This document shows positions 25,977-36,499 of a stretch of 64,000 bases of DNA, piece after piece. Numbering within the stretch: position 1 is the first letter of the stretch; every line of letters begins with the position of its first letter. The position numbers were made by a program, and so were the translations under genes. Under the pieces are notes generated by a model that was not told the origin of the DNA, did no database searches, and worked only from the letters and a program-made list of their open reading frames with translations. The DNA is from an uncultured virus (IMG/VR IMGVR_UViG_3300027668_000014) (Duplodnaviria > Heunggongvirae > Uroviricota > Caudoviricetes > Crassvirales): the IMG/VR virus record IMGVR_UViG_3300027668_000014. One strand, written 5' to 3'.

Positions 25977-27026
25977 TTAAAATATTACGTAGTTTACACC
26001 AAATTTAAAGTCGTACCATTCTCTGTTCCAGTACTTGTTGTATTTTCCTTCTGCAAACGCCCCTAGGTGCTTGTTGATTTTAACGCCAAGAATTACTCCA
26101 CCTGAATAATCTAACCATTGTTTGCCTGCAAAATTATGATAATTGTATTTGCCTCCATCATCATAGTGATACGGCATTAGGTTACCCCAACCGTGACACC
26201 AGTAGTTTTTGCTATAGTGATAGAAGTCAAAACCCACCACAAACGATTGTAGCGTGCTGCTTTCCATTTCGTTTCTTTTTCTCTCTGAGTAATCGGCTAG
26301 CACTTGTGGTATTACAATAGCCTCCCAAACCTCTGCACTGTTAGCCACTATGTTACCCGCTGGATCGTAGTACATTTGATGCCACACATCAACATTGTAA
26401 CCTTCTTCCAAAGCTAGGTAAGTGTAGTGTATATCTCCATTACTTAACAGCCAGTCGTCTAACGGGTTGTAACCGTAGGGTTCTGAGCGTCTTTGAACGG
26501 CTCCAGCGTTAACAGAGAACTTCCTGTTAAACTTATATCTATATCTTTCCGATGCTTCAAAGTACTTTATATCAGCAAAACCATCCTCTAAATACTCTCC
26601 TTTGATGGTATAGTGATCGCTAACGTACCTTATAAAATGGTGTTGATCAAGATACTCGTTGCCCTCCTGTCTCTTGAAATCCATTTCAAATAAGTATTCA
26701 ACTCCTCTTAGCTTACCCACAGTGGCCGCGTCACTGTAATTCGTCTCGGTTCCGTCATAAAATGTATTTGCTTTATTTTCGTAACCGAATCTAGCTATTT
26801 TACGTAGTCCCATGGTGAGATTATAATCATAGGGAGTTGAAATTGTTTGTGTTGATAACCCGTTGTCTACAGAGAAAACCTCTACGTTTGACAAGGAGGT
26901 TCCACCGTTCACGGCAGCATAGAATGTAGAGAACTTAAATAGCTTCTTAACATCCTCTCTACCAAACGTTTGTGCTGTTACTATGTTAGACACTAGTAGC
27001 AGTAGTATTATTAATCTTTTCACCAT
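25977..27026 (-). CDS. putative outer-membrane beta-barrel protein
   Basis: Signal MVKRLIILLLLVSNIVTA|Q; alternating aromatic strands; C-terminal YDFKFGVNYVIF resembling a BAM beta-signal. Confidence 0.75.
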   Translation of the reverse strand: MVKRLIILLLLVSNIVTAQTFGREDVKKLFKFSTFYAAVNGGTSLSNVEVFSVDNGLSTQTISTPYDYNLTMGLRKIARFGYENKANTFYDGTETNYSDAATVGKLRGVEYLFEMDFKRQEGNEYLDQHHFIRYVSDHYTIKGEYLEDGFADIKYFEASERYRYKFNRKFSVNAGAVQRRSEPYGYNPLDDWLLSNGDIHYTYLALEEGYNVDVWHQMYYDPAGNIVANSAEVWEAIVIPQVLADYSERKRNEMESSTLQSFVVGFDFYHYSKNYWCHGWGNLMPYHYDDGGKYNYHNFAGKQWLDYSGGVILGVKINKHLGAFAEGKYNKYWNREWYDFKFGVNYVIF

Positions 27027-27060
27027 ACTTTTATTATCACTTATTTTGTGTATTTTTTAC

Positions 27061-30000
27061 TTAATCGTGGTAGTAACAATAACCACTTGCAGCCGACGTT
27101 TTCATACCGCATCTTTTTCCATTGCTCTTTCTCTTTTTGCACTGGACTTTATCACCACTTTTACTTTGCTTAACCTTAACGTGAATAGTGCAATATGAAC
27201 TACCTGGTTCTATCTTCGTTTTACATCTGTTACCGCTTTTACTTACAGCGGCACACAAAACTTTTTTCCCATCTTTTTTCTCCTGCTTTTGCTTTTGCTT
27301 ATTAATAACCTCTTGATTAGCTTCTTTTTTAGACTTTTTTTCTTTCTTTTTATTTTTTTTAAGGTATTCTTTTGTAGCTTCAATGTCTGGATCTCTAATG
27401 CCAAGGTCCCAAGTGCTCCAACCTAATAATAAAGCAGTTCTTTCCCAAAAAGAATTACTATCGTCTAAAGCGTTATCTATGTTAAGCATTTTATTAGCCA
27501 GTCTTCCTAAGGGTATATTTGTCACACCTTCTACAACGTTACCAATACCAGACCAAATAGGGTTATCTAAAGTTAAGCCTCGCTCTGTAAACACGCCTTT
27601 GTTAAACTGCTCTGTTTGTATTGACGAATATATTTTACGTAACTTAGATCCTATTGGTGGTGAAAAACTAAGTAGTGATAATATAGTGTATGTGTGATCA
27701 GCATTCCAACCTTTGTCTTTTTGTTTGATGTATTCTCTTATAGCGTTTTTTGTAGTACTAATAGCTTTACCACCATAACCAATACCAGATAAGACAGAAT
27801 CAATCATACCGTTCAGTATTCTATATTTCTTTTTATCAAATTCTTCCTCTTCGTCCTCACCAGTAGAAGCTAATAGTGCTGATTGTAGCGCTCCAAACAA
27901 TATACTTTGAGCCACACCATAGTAAGCTATTTTTGACAAATGTGTTTTAGTGTCACCTCTACCATTGGCTAAATCTCTAGCAGCTTTATTCATTATACGA
28001 GCGTACTGCATAGGTGTATTCTGGAATGATAGTATCAATCTCCCAAGCGGAGAGGCTTGTTGTTGTGATATCATATCAGGTCTCGCTGACTGCTGAGACA
28101 CCTCTGTTGTTTCTTGAAAATCTAAAAACGCTTGAGCCTCAGCCTGCTCTTGAGTCATACCTTCTTTTACTAAAGCTTTAACTTTGTTCCTGTAAAAAGT
28201 AGCACCACCAGAAGCAATGGCAAAACTATCCGCTAGTTGTGTCGGTAAAAAACCTTTCTTAAGCAACCAAGCTATAGCCGCTTTTGCTTTGTTTTCCGTA
28301 CCGGCAACCGCAGCTGACAACTCAGCTTCATTAATACCTCTTTGATTACCAGATCTTCTTTGCTTTAAGTACGCAGAGTTAAAAATCATTGTAAAATCTC
28401 TCCAATATTGCGGTTGGTTAGCAAACGCTAGAGCTGCTTTAGCTGGATTATTAAAACTCCAGTTAATGTAATTCGTAGCAGATATAGTTTGAAGTATTGC
28501 AGATCGCATGTTAAAGAACATGATAGCACCAACTGAATTATTAACCCAGTTCATGTAGGTATTCATTATTCTACCTCCACCAGCAGGCCTATTTCTACCA
28601 GTCCTCATTCTATACAAAGAATCCTCTAGTGCCTCTCTAAAGTTAGCTCCATATATAGATTCTATTTTGTTCAAGTTCTCTTTTGAGAATATAATGTCAA
28701 CATTTTCCTGCCACTCAGCAAGTAGATCAGCTCTAGCGTCTCCAATCGCACCATCGCTAAGCAAATCAGAAGTTATATTTTCAGCCAACCAATAATCTCC
28801 AGGAGCAGAATAACCTTGATCTTTTCTAGATATCAAACCAACCCCATCCGCGTAGTTTTTTAACTCAGGATTACCTTCAACATGCTCTATTAGAGTTTTT
28901 AAATCTTTTTTAGATAAACCAGGAACATCAAAACCAGCTTTGCTCCAAAGATAAACTCTAGCAGCTTGGTCATTCGTGAATGCTGATCCTTCTATTTTTT
29001 TGTTTATTATTTTTTTAACCTCAGGATATGCTTTTTGTAAATTTTTGTAATCGTTAGAAGCATTTTGTCTCGATGTGTTTAATTGATCTATGCCTCTAGC
29101 AAATGGATCTACTAATGCTTTTTTAAAGAAGGCAATATCAGCATCACCCTTTTTACCTTTGCCCACAAAATTGTATATCAATCCCATGAAATCTTGTGCT
29201 GACGGTGGTATTATGCCTTTGTACCTAGCTTTAGCACCTCTTATTTTAGCTTGAGCATCAGAGAACACTTTTTCCGACTTAACATCAGTTGTAACCTGTA
29301 GTATATCATTAAAAGTCTTGCTCATTCCCTTGCTAAACTTAACTTTAGCTTGTTGTACCTTACGTTTAACGTCAAACTGTTCTAATATGTTGTCAACAGC
29401 TTGAACATTTTGCAAGGCATCATCCGCGAAGTAAAAGTCATTATAGCCTTCACTAACCTTTTCAACCATCCAGAGCGCCTTAGCGTTAGCGGTTGAGTTA
29501 GCTAGTCCAGTGATATTTTTTAAAGGTATGTTCAAACCATTAGCTTGTAAGAAAGCAAATATAGCCGGAGCAGCCTCTGCTGGTCTAGCCGTTAACACAA
29601 ACATATTCTCAGGACCAAACTTACCTTGCAATTTCATTGCCTTGTTAAATAGTGGTGCTGTTTTACCGTCTACAACTTTGTTAAACTCTGAGAAGTCCCA
29701 TTCATAACCTAGCTCAGTCAACTCCTCATAAGTGCTAGCGTATTGCTCTGCGTTTAAAGTACCCTTAGTTCCATCAGGCTTTGTGTATCTAATTAATGAA
29801 TTACTTGTTGCTAGTGTATCGTCAAAATCCAACACAGTGATACCTTTGCTACCTTTAACAGAAGACTTGCCATTTTTACCAGCCTTAGCCAAGATCTGTT
29901 GTTGTTTACTGTCTCTCATCATCTTTAAATGAGTAGAGCTATCAATAAGCTTTTGTAAACCAGCAACAGTACCAATGCTGTGTGGTGAGCTCATGTCGTC

Positions 30001-33000
30001 TAGCGTTGTGTTTGGTATTAAAGGTATTGCCCTCCAAGCGTATCTCTTGACGTCTCTTTTCACCTGCCACTTAGCACCACTCACGCCGTTCTTAAATATA
30101 CTTCCGTTTTTAATCTCTGGAGCCTTGTTTCTTTTATCAGCGTCAGTAGCCGCAGACTTCTTTGTTGTTGACCCGACTCTCAAGCCTATAGTTCCATCGC
30201 CTTTGAATTCAGGTAAATTAAGAATGTTTTTGGTATCGTTAAAACCACCCATGTAAAACAAACCCCTACCCATCATCTGCATTACATTAACAGGGTAGCC
30301 TTTTTTCTTATTGTATATCTCTGATATAACATCTAGCTTTATAGGTATCTCAGCGTGCATGTGTCTGAAATACGTTTTGGTTTTGCCATTAAAAGTAACC
30401 TGGTTGTTTTTGTCGGTAAGTAATCTATGCGCCCATCCAGGTAGTTCCGATATATCGTCCCAAACGTAGCCTACCTTGCCGGTGTCAGGATTTTCTACTG
30501 TTAAAAGATAGTCTTTAGCAAGTTGTATACCGGGTTGAACGCCCTCTCCTAGTTCCTTTAGTATTTTATTACCAAACGTGTAGTCTTTTTTAATAATAAA
30601 ATCTCCATTAGCATCTATAGCAAATGTGACGCTACTATACTGAGCGTTGCTCATTTTGGCTTCAATGTTGAATACCTCTCCGTATAGAGCTATAATAGCA
30701 TCTGGTTTACCACCAACCTCTGTTGGCGCTCTCAACACGGCTTGAACAACATCTTTACCTAATCTTTTTTCCAGCTGAATAGTCATGTCTATTAAGCCTT
30801 TTTCATAAGCAGTGCCTCGCTCTCCTTCTTTGAATAATTTATGATAAGCTTTTTGAACGTAAAGTATATCGCCGATTCCCTCTAGTTTTTTACCACGCAA
30901 ACTCCATATAAGATCTGCCGCCTTCGTTTCTTTTTTTAGTTCTAGTTGATCTACATACTTAGGTAACAACTTGCCGTCGCTAGAAAACACATTGCTAATA
31001 TCTGTTTTAGTAACTAATTCAAGTATGAAATCAGCATCAGCCTTTGCTTTAGCCGAGTATTTGATTTGATCTTTGTAGTTGCCCTCAACTTCTTTTTTCT
31101 GTCTATTTAAAGTATTTGCAAAATTATCAAGCTCAGCCTTTATAACGGCATTCATATCCTTAGAGTTGTCAATGACAACATCATTTGCAACATCTACCGC
31201 GTATGCTTCTCCTATAAGTATTGCTAGCTTCTCTTGCCTTCCCCTCAACTTAGTGTTGTGTGACCTTGGATCTGCATCACTAGTGGTGTCAGTAAAAAAT
31301 TTAGTAAACTTAGCTTTGTTTGTTACTAGCTCGTATATATTTTTCCTGAAGTTACTATCTTTTTTTAAAGCCTTATTGTCTGACTTCTTATTCTTTTTAT
31401 CTTCCTTGCCTATAACGTTTAACTCAAACAGTGTGTTGTAGTTATTTTTTATAGTAGCCACATCTAAACTTTGAACAATGTGGGTGTAGTTGTCAGCTAT
31501 AAACTTCTTATATTGATCACTTATAACTATAACCCCACCCTTAAAGCTAATGGTACCCATTTGAGCTTGTATAGCCAAACGTATATCTCCTTTAATTAAC
31601 TTTTGAATTGCCTGCGTTAAGTTCTTCGGGTTACTTTCAATCAAAGCATCGACTTGAGCTCTAATATTTCCGTCTATAACACCAGGGTTATCGATGTTAA
31701 TATCTGCTAGATTCTTTAGAACTCTAGCTTTTTGAACTCTAATGTTATCGTTTTTGTTAGTTTGATCGTTTTCAGTACCTTCATCAACCATTTTGTCAAA
31801 CAGTGTTTTACCATCTTCCGTTACAGCATCACCACGTACTTCTTGTTTTCTCTTCTCTCCTTCCTTGTATAGTTTTTCCTTAGCAACTAAAGCAGCATAA
31901 CCAATGTTACCTTTTTTACCACTACCACCATACATCCACTTAGAAAGCTCAGGTGTTTTAGCTGGGTCGTAGTTTATTAATCGTGTACCTAGGTTTTCTC
32001 TTTGTATTTGTTTTTGCTCGTTGGATATACCCTCTGCAAACACTCTATCAAAGCCGCCTTGTAATATACCCGTGTATATGGTTGAGAAAGGTGATCGCAT
32101 ACCGCCTTCTTGTAGTTCTGCTATACTCTTTGCACCGTTAGTGTAAGAATCTATGCGCTCGCTGATATCCATGCCTTCAAACTTAGGATCATCCAGGTTT
32201 ACAGCTCTTGATGCCTTCACTAGATCACCAGCAAGATTACTTGTTTTGACTTTAGTAGCGCCTGTTGATAGAACAGCATTTTTAGATATAGTATTAGCTT
32301 TTATAGCTTTTATATCCGCAGCGTTAATTGTTCCTGCTTTTATTTTCTTAGCTATACCTATTAAAAATTTTATAGAATCGGTTTCACCTTTTAAATCGAC
32401 AGGTTTACCACCTACCTCTTCAATACCCTTGTTCATTAACGTGGCAAAAAATCCAGCTTTTCCTGACTTTTTAATGTCAACCTTACCAGAAGCAACTTCT
32501 TCTAAAAACAACATAACAATTTCATCCGCATCAGTCTGTCTACCGTTTCTAAAGGAAACCCTTTTAAACGCGCTAGGGTTGTTTGTTTTTAAATGTTGCA
32601 GTATTTGCTCGGCTAATCCTTCAAATGCCTTAGGATCGCTAGAAATAGCTTTTATAAACACGGAGTGTCCAACCTCATGTGTTCTTGTCTCTAGCCTATC
32701 GTCAGCAGCCATAGTTTCAACAACTTGCATTGGTATCAGTACGGTGTTACCATCAGCATCCTTATCCGTCGTTGGTATGTTAGCGCCGTGTGAACCGTCC
32801 TTGATATTTTTTATTGCTTTTTTTCTATTGGCCTCGGTTATGTTTGTAAGCCCTTCAACATACTCAATGGCGTCTTCTTCTGTTTGCACGTTAACAACAT
32901 CTGTTAAACCCGCTTTAGAATTTGCCTTGTGGTCAGCGTTGATTTTATCAACGTTATATAAAAACTTAGCTTTATCGTTTATTTGAATAGCTGTAGGATC

Positions 33001-35658
33001 TTTCTTGCCTTCGTTAAACAACTCGCTTTTAGCCTTTTTATTTAACTCGGTAACCCTGTCTGCGTTCCCTTCAATTCCTTTAAAAGCGGTCCACTCATCT
33101 CCAAATGCTTTTTTATCTTTAAAAGCCTCCATCTGACGACCAGTAGCATCAAACCTTGCTTGCACTGCTTTTAATTGGTCTCTTTTTTGTTTTTTTGTTA
33201 AGGTTTTGTTATTATCAATTTCTTGGGCTTCAAGCTTCAACGCTTCTTGCTGTTGTTCTAGATTAAAGTATATCTTAGTCACGTCAGAGCTAAGTCCTTG
33301 CACTTCCGTTTCAAGCTCCTTCATTTCAGCTACATTCTGGTCATACAGTTGAGCTATTATTTTCTCGTTGCTTTTTTTATCTTTGTTTAGATCTTTAATT
33401 GCTTTTTCCCTACCGTCCATACCGTACTCCTTCAGCTCAGCTATTTTACTGTCAATCTCTTGGTTTGTAAGGCCTAGTTTTTTCATTTTATTAACACGCT
33501 TTCTTACTTCAGCTTTTGAAGCGTGGTCGTTATACTTGTTTAAGTACGCACCTTTTATAAACGGAGCCGCAGATAAAGTGGTACCAAACATCAGCCCAGA
33601 GAACATAGCGTGTCCTAATCCTTGCGTCATGGGTTTTCCATCAATCCAATTCTGTGTTAACTGGGTCATTCCCTCACCTATAGGCTCGGACAAAGCACCA
33701 TAAACAAATTTACCAGTGTTCTTTTTAAAATACTCTTTAGTGGTTCTGAACAATAATTGCTTTGCACCCGGAGTGTTTGCAAAACCTTTTCTTGCAGCCC
33801 TAAGCAAAGGTATTGTTGTTAGGCGTTCAAAAACTAATTCAGACGCACCAAATCCAACAGAGCTCCACCAAATGTCAGCGTTAGATTTTTGCCTTCCACC
33901 GGGACTGTCCCGCTCCATGTTTAAGTTAACGTAGTGATCACCAAAAGCTGACACACCAATTATACTAGTACCGACATATGGTATTGCCAGCGCGGCAAAT
34001 ATAGGTATTTGATTAGACACCTCTTGTGCGGCAAACTCACCAAAGTTACCAATAGAGCTAAACGCATCTTCAAACTCAACATCTTTACTATAGGAATCTC
34101 TAGTTTCTTGTAGCTTCCCTTTTATAGCGTGCGACTTTTGTATAAGTCTTTTTGTCGCAGCGTTCTCCCCTGTGATAAGCAAGGGTATACCAGTCTTAAC
34201 ATTAAGACCAATCTCAAATGCGCCCATGCTTGTTTCGACTAAAAACTCTTCCCAAGCATTGTAGTTTCTCCTGGATATATCTATAGCAGCAACATTATCG
34301 CTATAGCCAGCGGCTTGCTCTTGAATACTCTCTGAAAGCTCATTTATAGACGATATCTTAGCTGTCACACCTGGCTGTAGAGCTTGGTATTCTTTAATAA
34401 TTTTTTCAGGAACTTTCTTTCCATTCTCTAACTCAGCGTAGCTCTCACCCTCTTGAAGTTCATATTCAAAGTTGGCATCGCTAAACTGCGAGTTAATTTC
34501 CTTATACCTAGCCATGTCAGCACCAGACTCCAGGTCTTCTCTTTTAAGATCATAAAGAGCCATGTCTTTCCTGAAATCAATGTCGAGTTCTCTAGCGGCT
34601 AAATTGTATTGTTCTTGAACTCCCTCTTTTTTGTTGACGTTCAGCATGTCATTTCTCTGAACAAAGTCATTGTAGTTCATTACACTTGTCAGCTTTTCTG
34701 CTTTGATTTCTTCAATGAGAAAACTTTTAGCTAGCGCTTGTACTTGATCTTTAGTTGGCTTGCTACCATCTTCTGACAACTGCTTTTGAGCTCGTTTTAA
34801 TTCTTTTTCAAAAGCTATATCTTCGTATGTACCAGCATCTTTAAAGTCATTACCAAAGCTAAATATCTTTTTAGTTTCTTGAGTGAAAAGCTCCCCGCTC
34901 TCGAATTTTTCCTCTACCTCAGCTATATCCTCAGCCGCCAACTCATCTCTCTCAAGATTCATCTCGGTCAAAAGCTTTTTTCTACTAGCTTTTTTAGTAG
35001 CTTGGGAGTTTAATCCTTCTTGGGTAGTGTTTTCATTAATAAAGTTTGTTAGTATATCATAAGAGTGATTCCTAGCATCTTCTTTTGACATCATCAATTC
35101 ACCAAGTTTCTTACGCATGCCTACCTCGTAATCTTTTTCCCCGTAAAGATTAGGTGCCATTAAACTACCACCTATATTCATATCAAAAGAAGCGGATTTT
35201 TTACCATCTTTAGTACTAACCGTTATGGCATCAAAACCACCACCACCATAACCACTAGCATCTGTGTCTACTTGAAATAGTTTTTCTTCAAATACAAAAT
35301 CATCACCATACAACTCTCTTAATGTCTCAACGCCTTTTTCCTCTGTCTTGTTAAAAAAGTTTAAGTTGTTAGCACCTAACACATCACTTGGGGTTGATCC
35401 CGAGCCAGATAAGGCTGATCTTGGGTTTGGTTTAGTAGGTTTTACCTCCTCAACCTCTACCTCTTTAACTTCTTCAACTTTAGGTTTTTCAGCTACCACC
35501 TTTGCTTCTTTTATTTTATTAGCCTCTCGCTTTTTAATCTCAGCAAGCTGTTCTTTCGTGAACTGACCAGAGTCTATATGGCCTTGCATAATTCTATCTA
35601 ATTCAGATTTAACTATAGTAGATTTCGCTTCTCTTATTCCAAATGAATTATCGTTCAT
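27061..35658 (-). CDS. giant putative internal virion/ejected polyvalent protein
   Basis: 2865 aa, largely helical; hydrophobic G/A-rich segment; HEVGH, PD...EAK, DFDDT HAD motifs; C-terminal CCCH repeats. Confidence 0.75.
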   Translation of the reverse strand: MNDNSFGIREAKSTIVKSELDRIMQGHIDSGQFTKEQLAEIKKREANKIKEAKVVAEKPKVEEVKEVEVEEVKPTKPNPRSALSGSGSTPSDVLGANNLNFFNKTEEKGVETLRELYGDDFVFEEKLFQVDTDASGYGGGGFDAITVSTKDGKKSASFDMNIGGSLMAPNLYGEKDYEVGMRKKLGELMMSKEDARNHSYDILTNFINENTTQEGLNSQATKKASRKKLLTEMNLERDELAAEDIAEVEEKFESGELFTQETKKIFSFGNDFKDAGTYEDIAFEKELKRAQKQLSEDGSKPTKDQVQALAKSFLIEEIKAEKLTSVMNYNDFVQRNDMLNVNKKEGVQEQYNLAARELDIDFRKDMALYDLKREDLESGADMARYKEINSQFSDANFEYELQEGESYAELENGKKVPEKIIKEYQALQPGVTAKISSINELSESIQEQAAGYSDNVAAIDISRRNYNAWEEFLVETSMGAFEIGLNVKTGIPLLITGENAATKRLIQKSHAIKGKLQETRDSYSKDVEFEDAFSSIGNFGEFAAQEVSNQIPIFAALAIPYVGTSIIGVSAFGDHYVNLNMERDSPGGRQKSNADIWWSSVGFGASELVFERLTTIPLLRAARKGFANTPGAKQLLFRTTKEYFKKNTGKFVYGALSEPIGEGMTQLTQNWIDGKPMTQGLGHAMFSGLMFGTTLSAAPFIKGAYLNKYNDHASKAEVRKRVNKMKKLGLTNQEIDSKIAELKEYGMDGREKAIKDLNKDKKSNEKIIAQLYDQNVAEMKELETEVQGLSSDVTKIYFNLEQQQEALKLEAQEIDNNKTLTKKQKRDQLKAVQARFDATGRQMEAFKDKKAFGDEWTAFKGIEGNADRVTELNKKAKSELFNEGKKDPTAIQINDKAKFLYNVDKINADHKANSKAGLTDVVNVQTEEDAIEYVEGLTNITEANRKKAIKNIKDGSHGANIPTTDKDADGNTVLIPMQVVETMAADDRLETRTHEVGHSVFIKAISSDPKAFEGLAEQILQHLKTNNPSAFKRVSFRNGRQTDADEIVMLFLEEVASGKVDIKKSGKAGFFATLMNKGIEEVGGKPVDLKGETDSIKFLIGIAKKIKAGTINAADIKAIKANTISKNAVLSTGATKVKTSNLAGDLVKASRAVNLDDPKFEGMDISERIDSYTNGAKSIAELQEGGMRSPFSTIYTGILQGGFDRVFAEGISNEQKQIQRENLGTRLINYDPAKTPELSKWMYGGSGKKGNIGYAALVAKEKLYKEGEKRKQEVRGDAVTEDGKTLFDKMVDEGTENDQTNKNDNIRVQKARVLKNLADINIDNPGVIDGNIRAQVDALIESNPKNLTQAIQKLIKGDIRLAIQAQMGTISFKGGVIVISDQYKKFIADNYTHIVQSLDVATIKNNYNTLFELNVIGKEDKKNKKSDNKALKKDSNFRKNIYELVTNKAKFTKFFTDTTSDADPRSHNTKLRGRQEKLAILIGEAYAVDVANDVVIDNSKDMNAVIKAELDNFANTLNRQKKEVEGNYKDQIKYSAKAKADADFILELVTKTDISNVFSSDGKLLPKYVDQLELKKETKAADLIWSLRGKKLEGIGDILYVQKAYHKLFKEGERGTAYEKGLIDMTIQLEKRLGKDVVQAVLRAPTEVGGKPDAIIALYGEVFNIEAKMSNAQYSSVTFAIDANGDFIIKKDYTFGNKILKELGEGVQPGIQLAKDYLLTVENPDTGKVGYVWDDISELPGWAHRLLTDKNNQVTFNGKTKTYFRHMHAEIPIKLDVISEIYNKKKGYPVNVMQMMGRGLFYMGGFNDTKNILNLPEFKGDGTIGLRVGSTTKKSAATDADKRNKAPEIKNGSIFKNGVSGAKWQVKRDVKRYAWRAIPLIPNTTLDDMSSPHSIGTVAGLQKLIDSSTHLKMMRDSKQQQILAKAGKNGKSSVKGSKGITVLDFDDTLATSNSLIRYTKPDGTKGTLNAEQYASTYEELTELGYEWDFSEFNKVVDGKTAPLFNKAMKLQGKFGPENMFVLTARPAEAAPAIFAFLQANGLNIPLKNITGLANSTANAKALWMVEKVSEGYNDFYFADDALQNVQAVDNILEQFDVKRKVQQAKVKFSKGMSKTFNDILQVTTDVKSEKVFSDAQAKIRGAKARYKGIIPPSAQDFMGLIYNFVGKGKKGDADIAFFKKALVDPFARGIDQLNTSRQNASNDYKNLQKAYPEVKKIINKKIEGSAFTNDQAARVYLWSKAGFDVPGLSKKDLKTLIEHVEGNPELKNYADGVGLISRKDQGYSAPGDYWLAENITSDLLSDGAIGDARADLLAEWQENVDIIFSKENLNKIESIYGANFREALEDSLYRMRTGRNRPAGGGRIMNTYMNWVNNSVGAIMFFNMRSAILQTISATNYINWSFNNPAKAALAFANQPQYWRDFTMIFNSAYLKQRRSGNQRGINEAELSAAVAGTENKAKAAIAWLLKKGFLPTQLADSFAIASGGATFYRNKVKALVKEGMTQEQAEAQAFLDFQETTEVSQQSARPDMISQQQASPLGRLILSFQNTPMQYARIMNKAARDLANGRGDTKTHLSKIAYYGVAQSILFGALQSALLASTGEDEEEEFDKKKYRILNGMIDSVLSGIGYGGKAISTTKNAIREYIKQKDKGWNADHTYTILSLLSFSPPIGSKLRKIYSSIQTEQFNKGVFTERGLTLDNPIWSGIGNVVEGVTNIPLGRLANKMLNIDNALDDSNSFWERTALLLGWSTWDLGIRDPDIEATKEYLKKNKKKEKKSKKEANQEVINKQKQKQEKKDGKKVLCAAVSKSGNRCKTKIEPGSSYCTIHVKVKQSKSGDKVQCKKRKSNGKRCGMKTSAASGYCYYHD

Positions 35659-35661
35659 ATA

Positions 35662-36498
35662 TTAAGCTTGATTGTTTTCCTTGTTGTTTTTAGCTATTAA
35701 CCCGTCTGCTTTCCTAGCTTCAGATTCTGTCTGAAAGTCTGGATCAAAAGACTTTTTTAACCGATTAGCGTAGTGGCTGTGTAGTCTGTTGTCAAAGGCT
35801 GGGTTAAACGAATCCGGATGCAACATGTCATCAGTGATTTGTCCGGACTGTATAGCTTCGGCGTTCTCCTCAACGTAATCATTGAGAAAATACCTACCAC
35901 CAATCTTGTCTGAAACAAAAGACTTCCAAGCGTCCTCATTTGATAGCATGGTATCCGTGTGCCAATCAACATCAAAATCTAGTGGTTGATCGCTAGAGTT
36001 GCTTTGTTTTTGAGCGTCCTGCTGCATCTTCATGAAGTTAGCTTCTTCAGTACCTTTTACCACCCAGTCCTGAGTAACATCTTCTATACGCTTGGCTACA
36101 ACTTCACCACCTTCACCCACGATTGATAATACTGGGTTCAAGTCTTTGTCGAAACCTATATCCCCTTGTTCTGTAAAAAAAGCTCTGCTAAAACTCAAGT
36201 CAGTGTAGTTAGAAAATAATTTCTTACCACCAACTCCCCCGCCGTAGTTAACAGCAAACTCTTCTTTTATATTCTTAAGGTTGTCAAGCTGACTAGACAT
36301 TTTCTTAATAGCGTCTTTAAAGTGACCAGCCATCTGCTTGTCTTTGTTTAACACTGCTTCGTCGTACTTCCTGACCAAACTGGAAACAAACTTATTAATA
36401 ACCACTTGATTGTGCTTACCATGTATCTCAGAAGATTTAGAGTCATTACCATAAGGTATGTTTTCAAAATATTTTTTAACGTGCTTGTCTTCAGCCAT
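35662..36498 (-). CDS. putative internal virion protein
   Basis: 278 aa, between two ejection-like genes. Confidence 0.6.
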   Translation of the reverse strand: MAEDKHVKKYFENIPYGNDSKSSEIHGKHNQVVINKFVSSLVRKYDEAVLNKDKQMAGHFKDAIKKMSSQLDNLKNIKEEFAVNYGGGVGGKKLFSNYTDLSFSRAFFTEQGDIGFDKDLNPVLSIVGEGGEVVAKRIEDVTQDWVVKGTEEANFMKMQQDAQKQSNSSDQPLDFDVDWHTDTMLSNEDAWKSFVSDKIGGRYFLNDYVEENAEAIQSGQITDDMLHPDSFNPAFDNRLHSHYANRLKKSFDPDFQTESEARKADGLIAKNNKENNQA

Positions 36499-36499
36499 A

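Noticed and set aside
25691..27026. Spanin pair
   Set aside because: No lipobox Cys lipoprotein partner and not adjacent to holin or endolysin; a lysis role cannot be fully excluded
27061..35658. crAss-like virion RNA polymerase
   Set aside because: No DxDxD catalytic motif recognised; DFDDT fits HAD motif I with the downstream HAD motifs present
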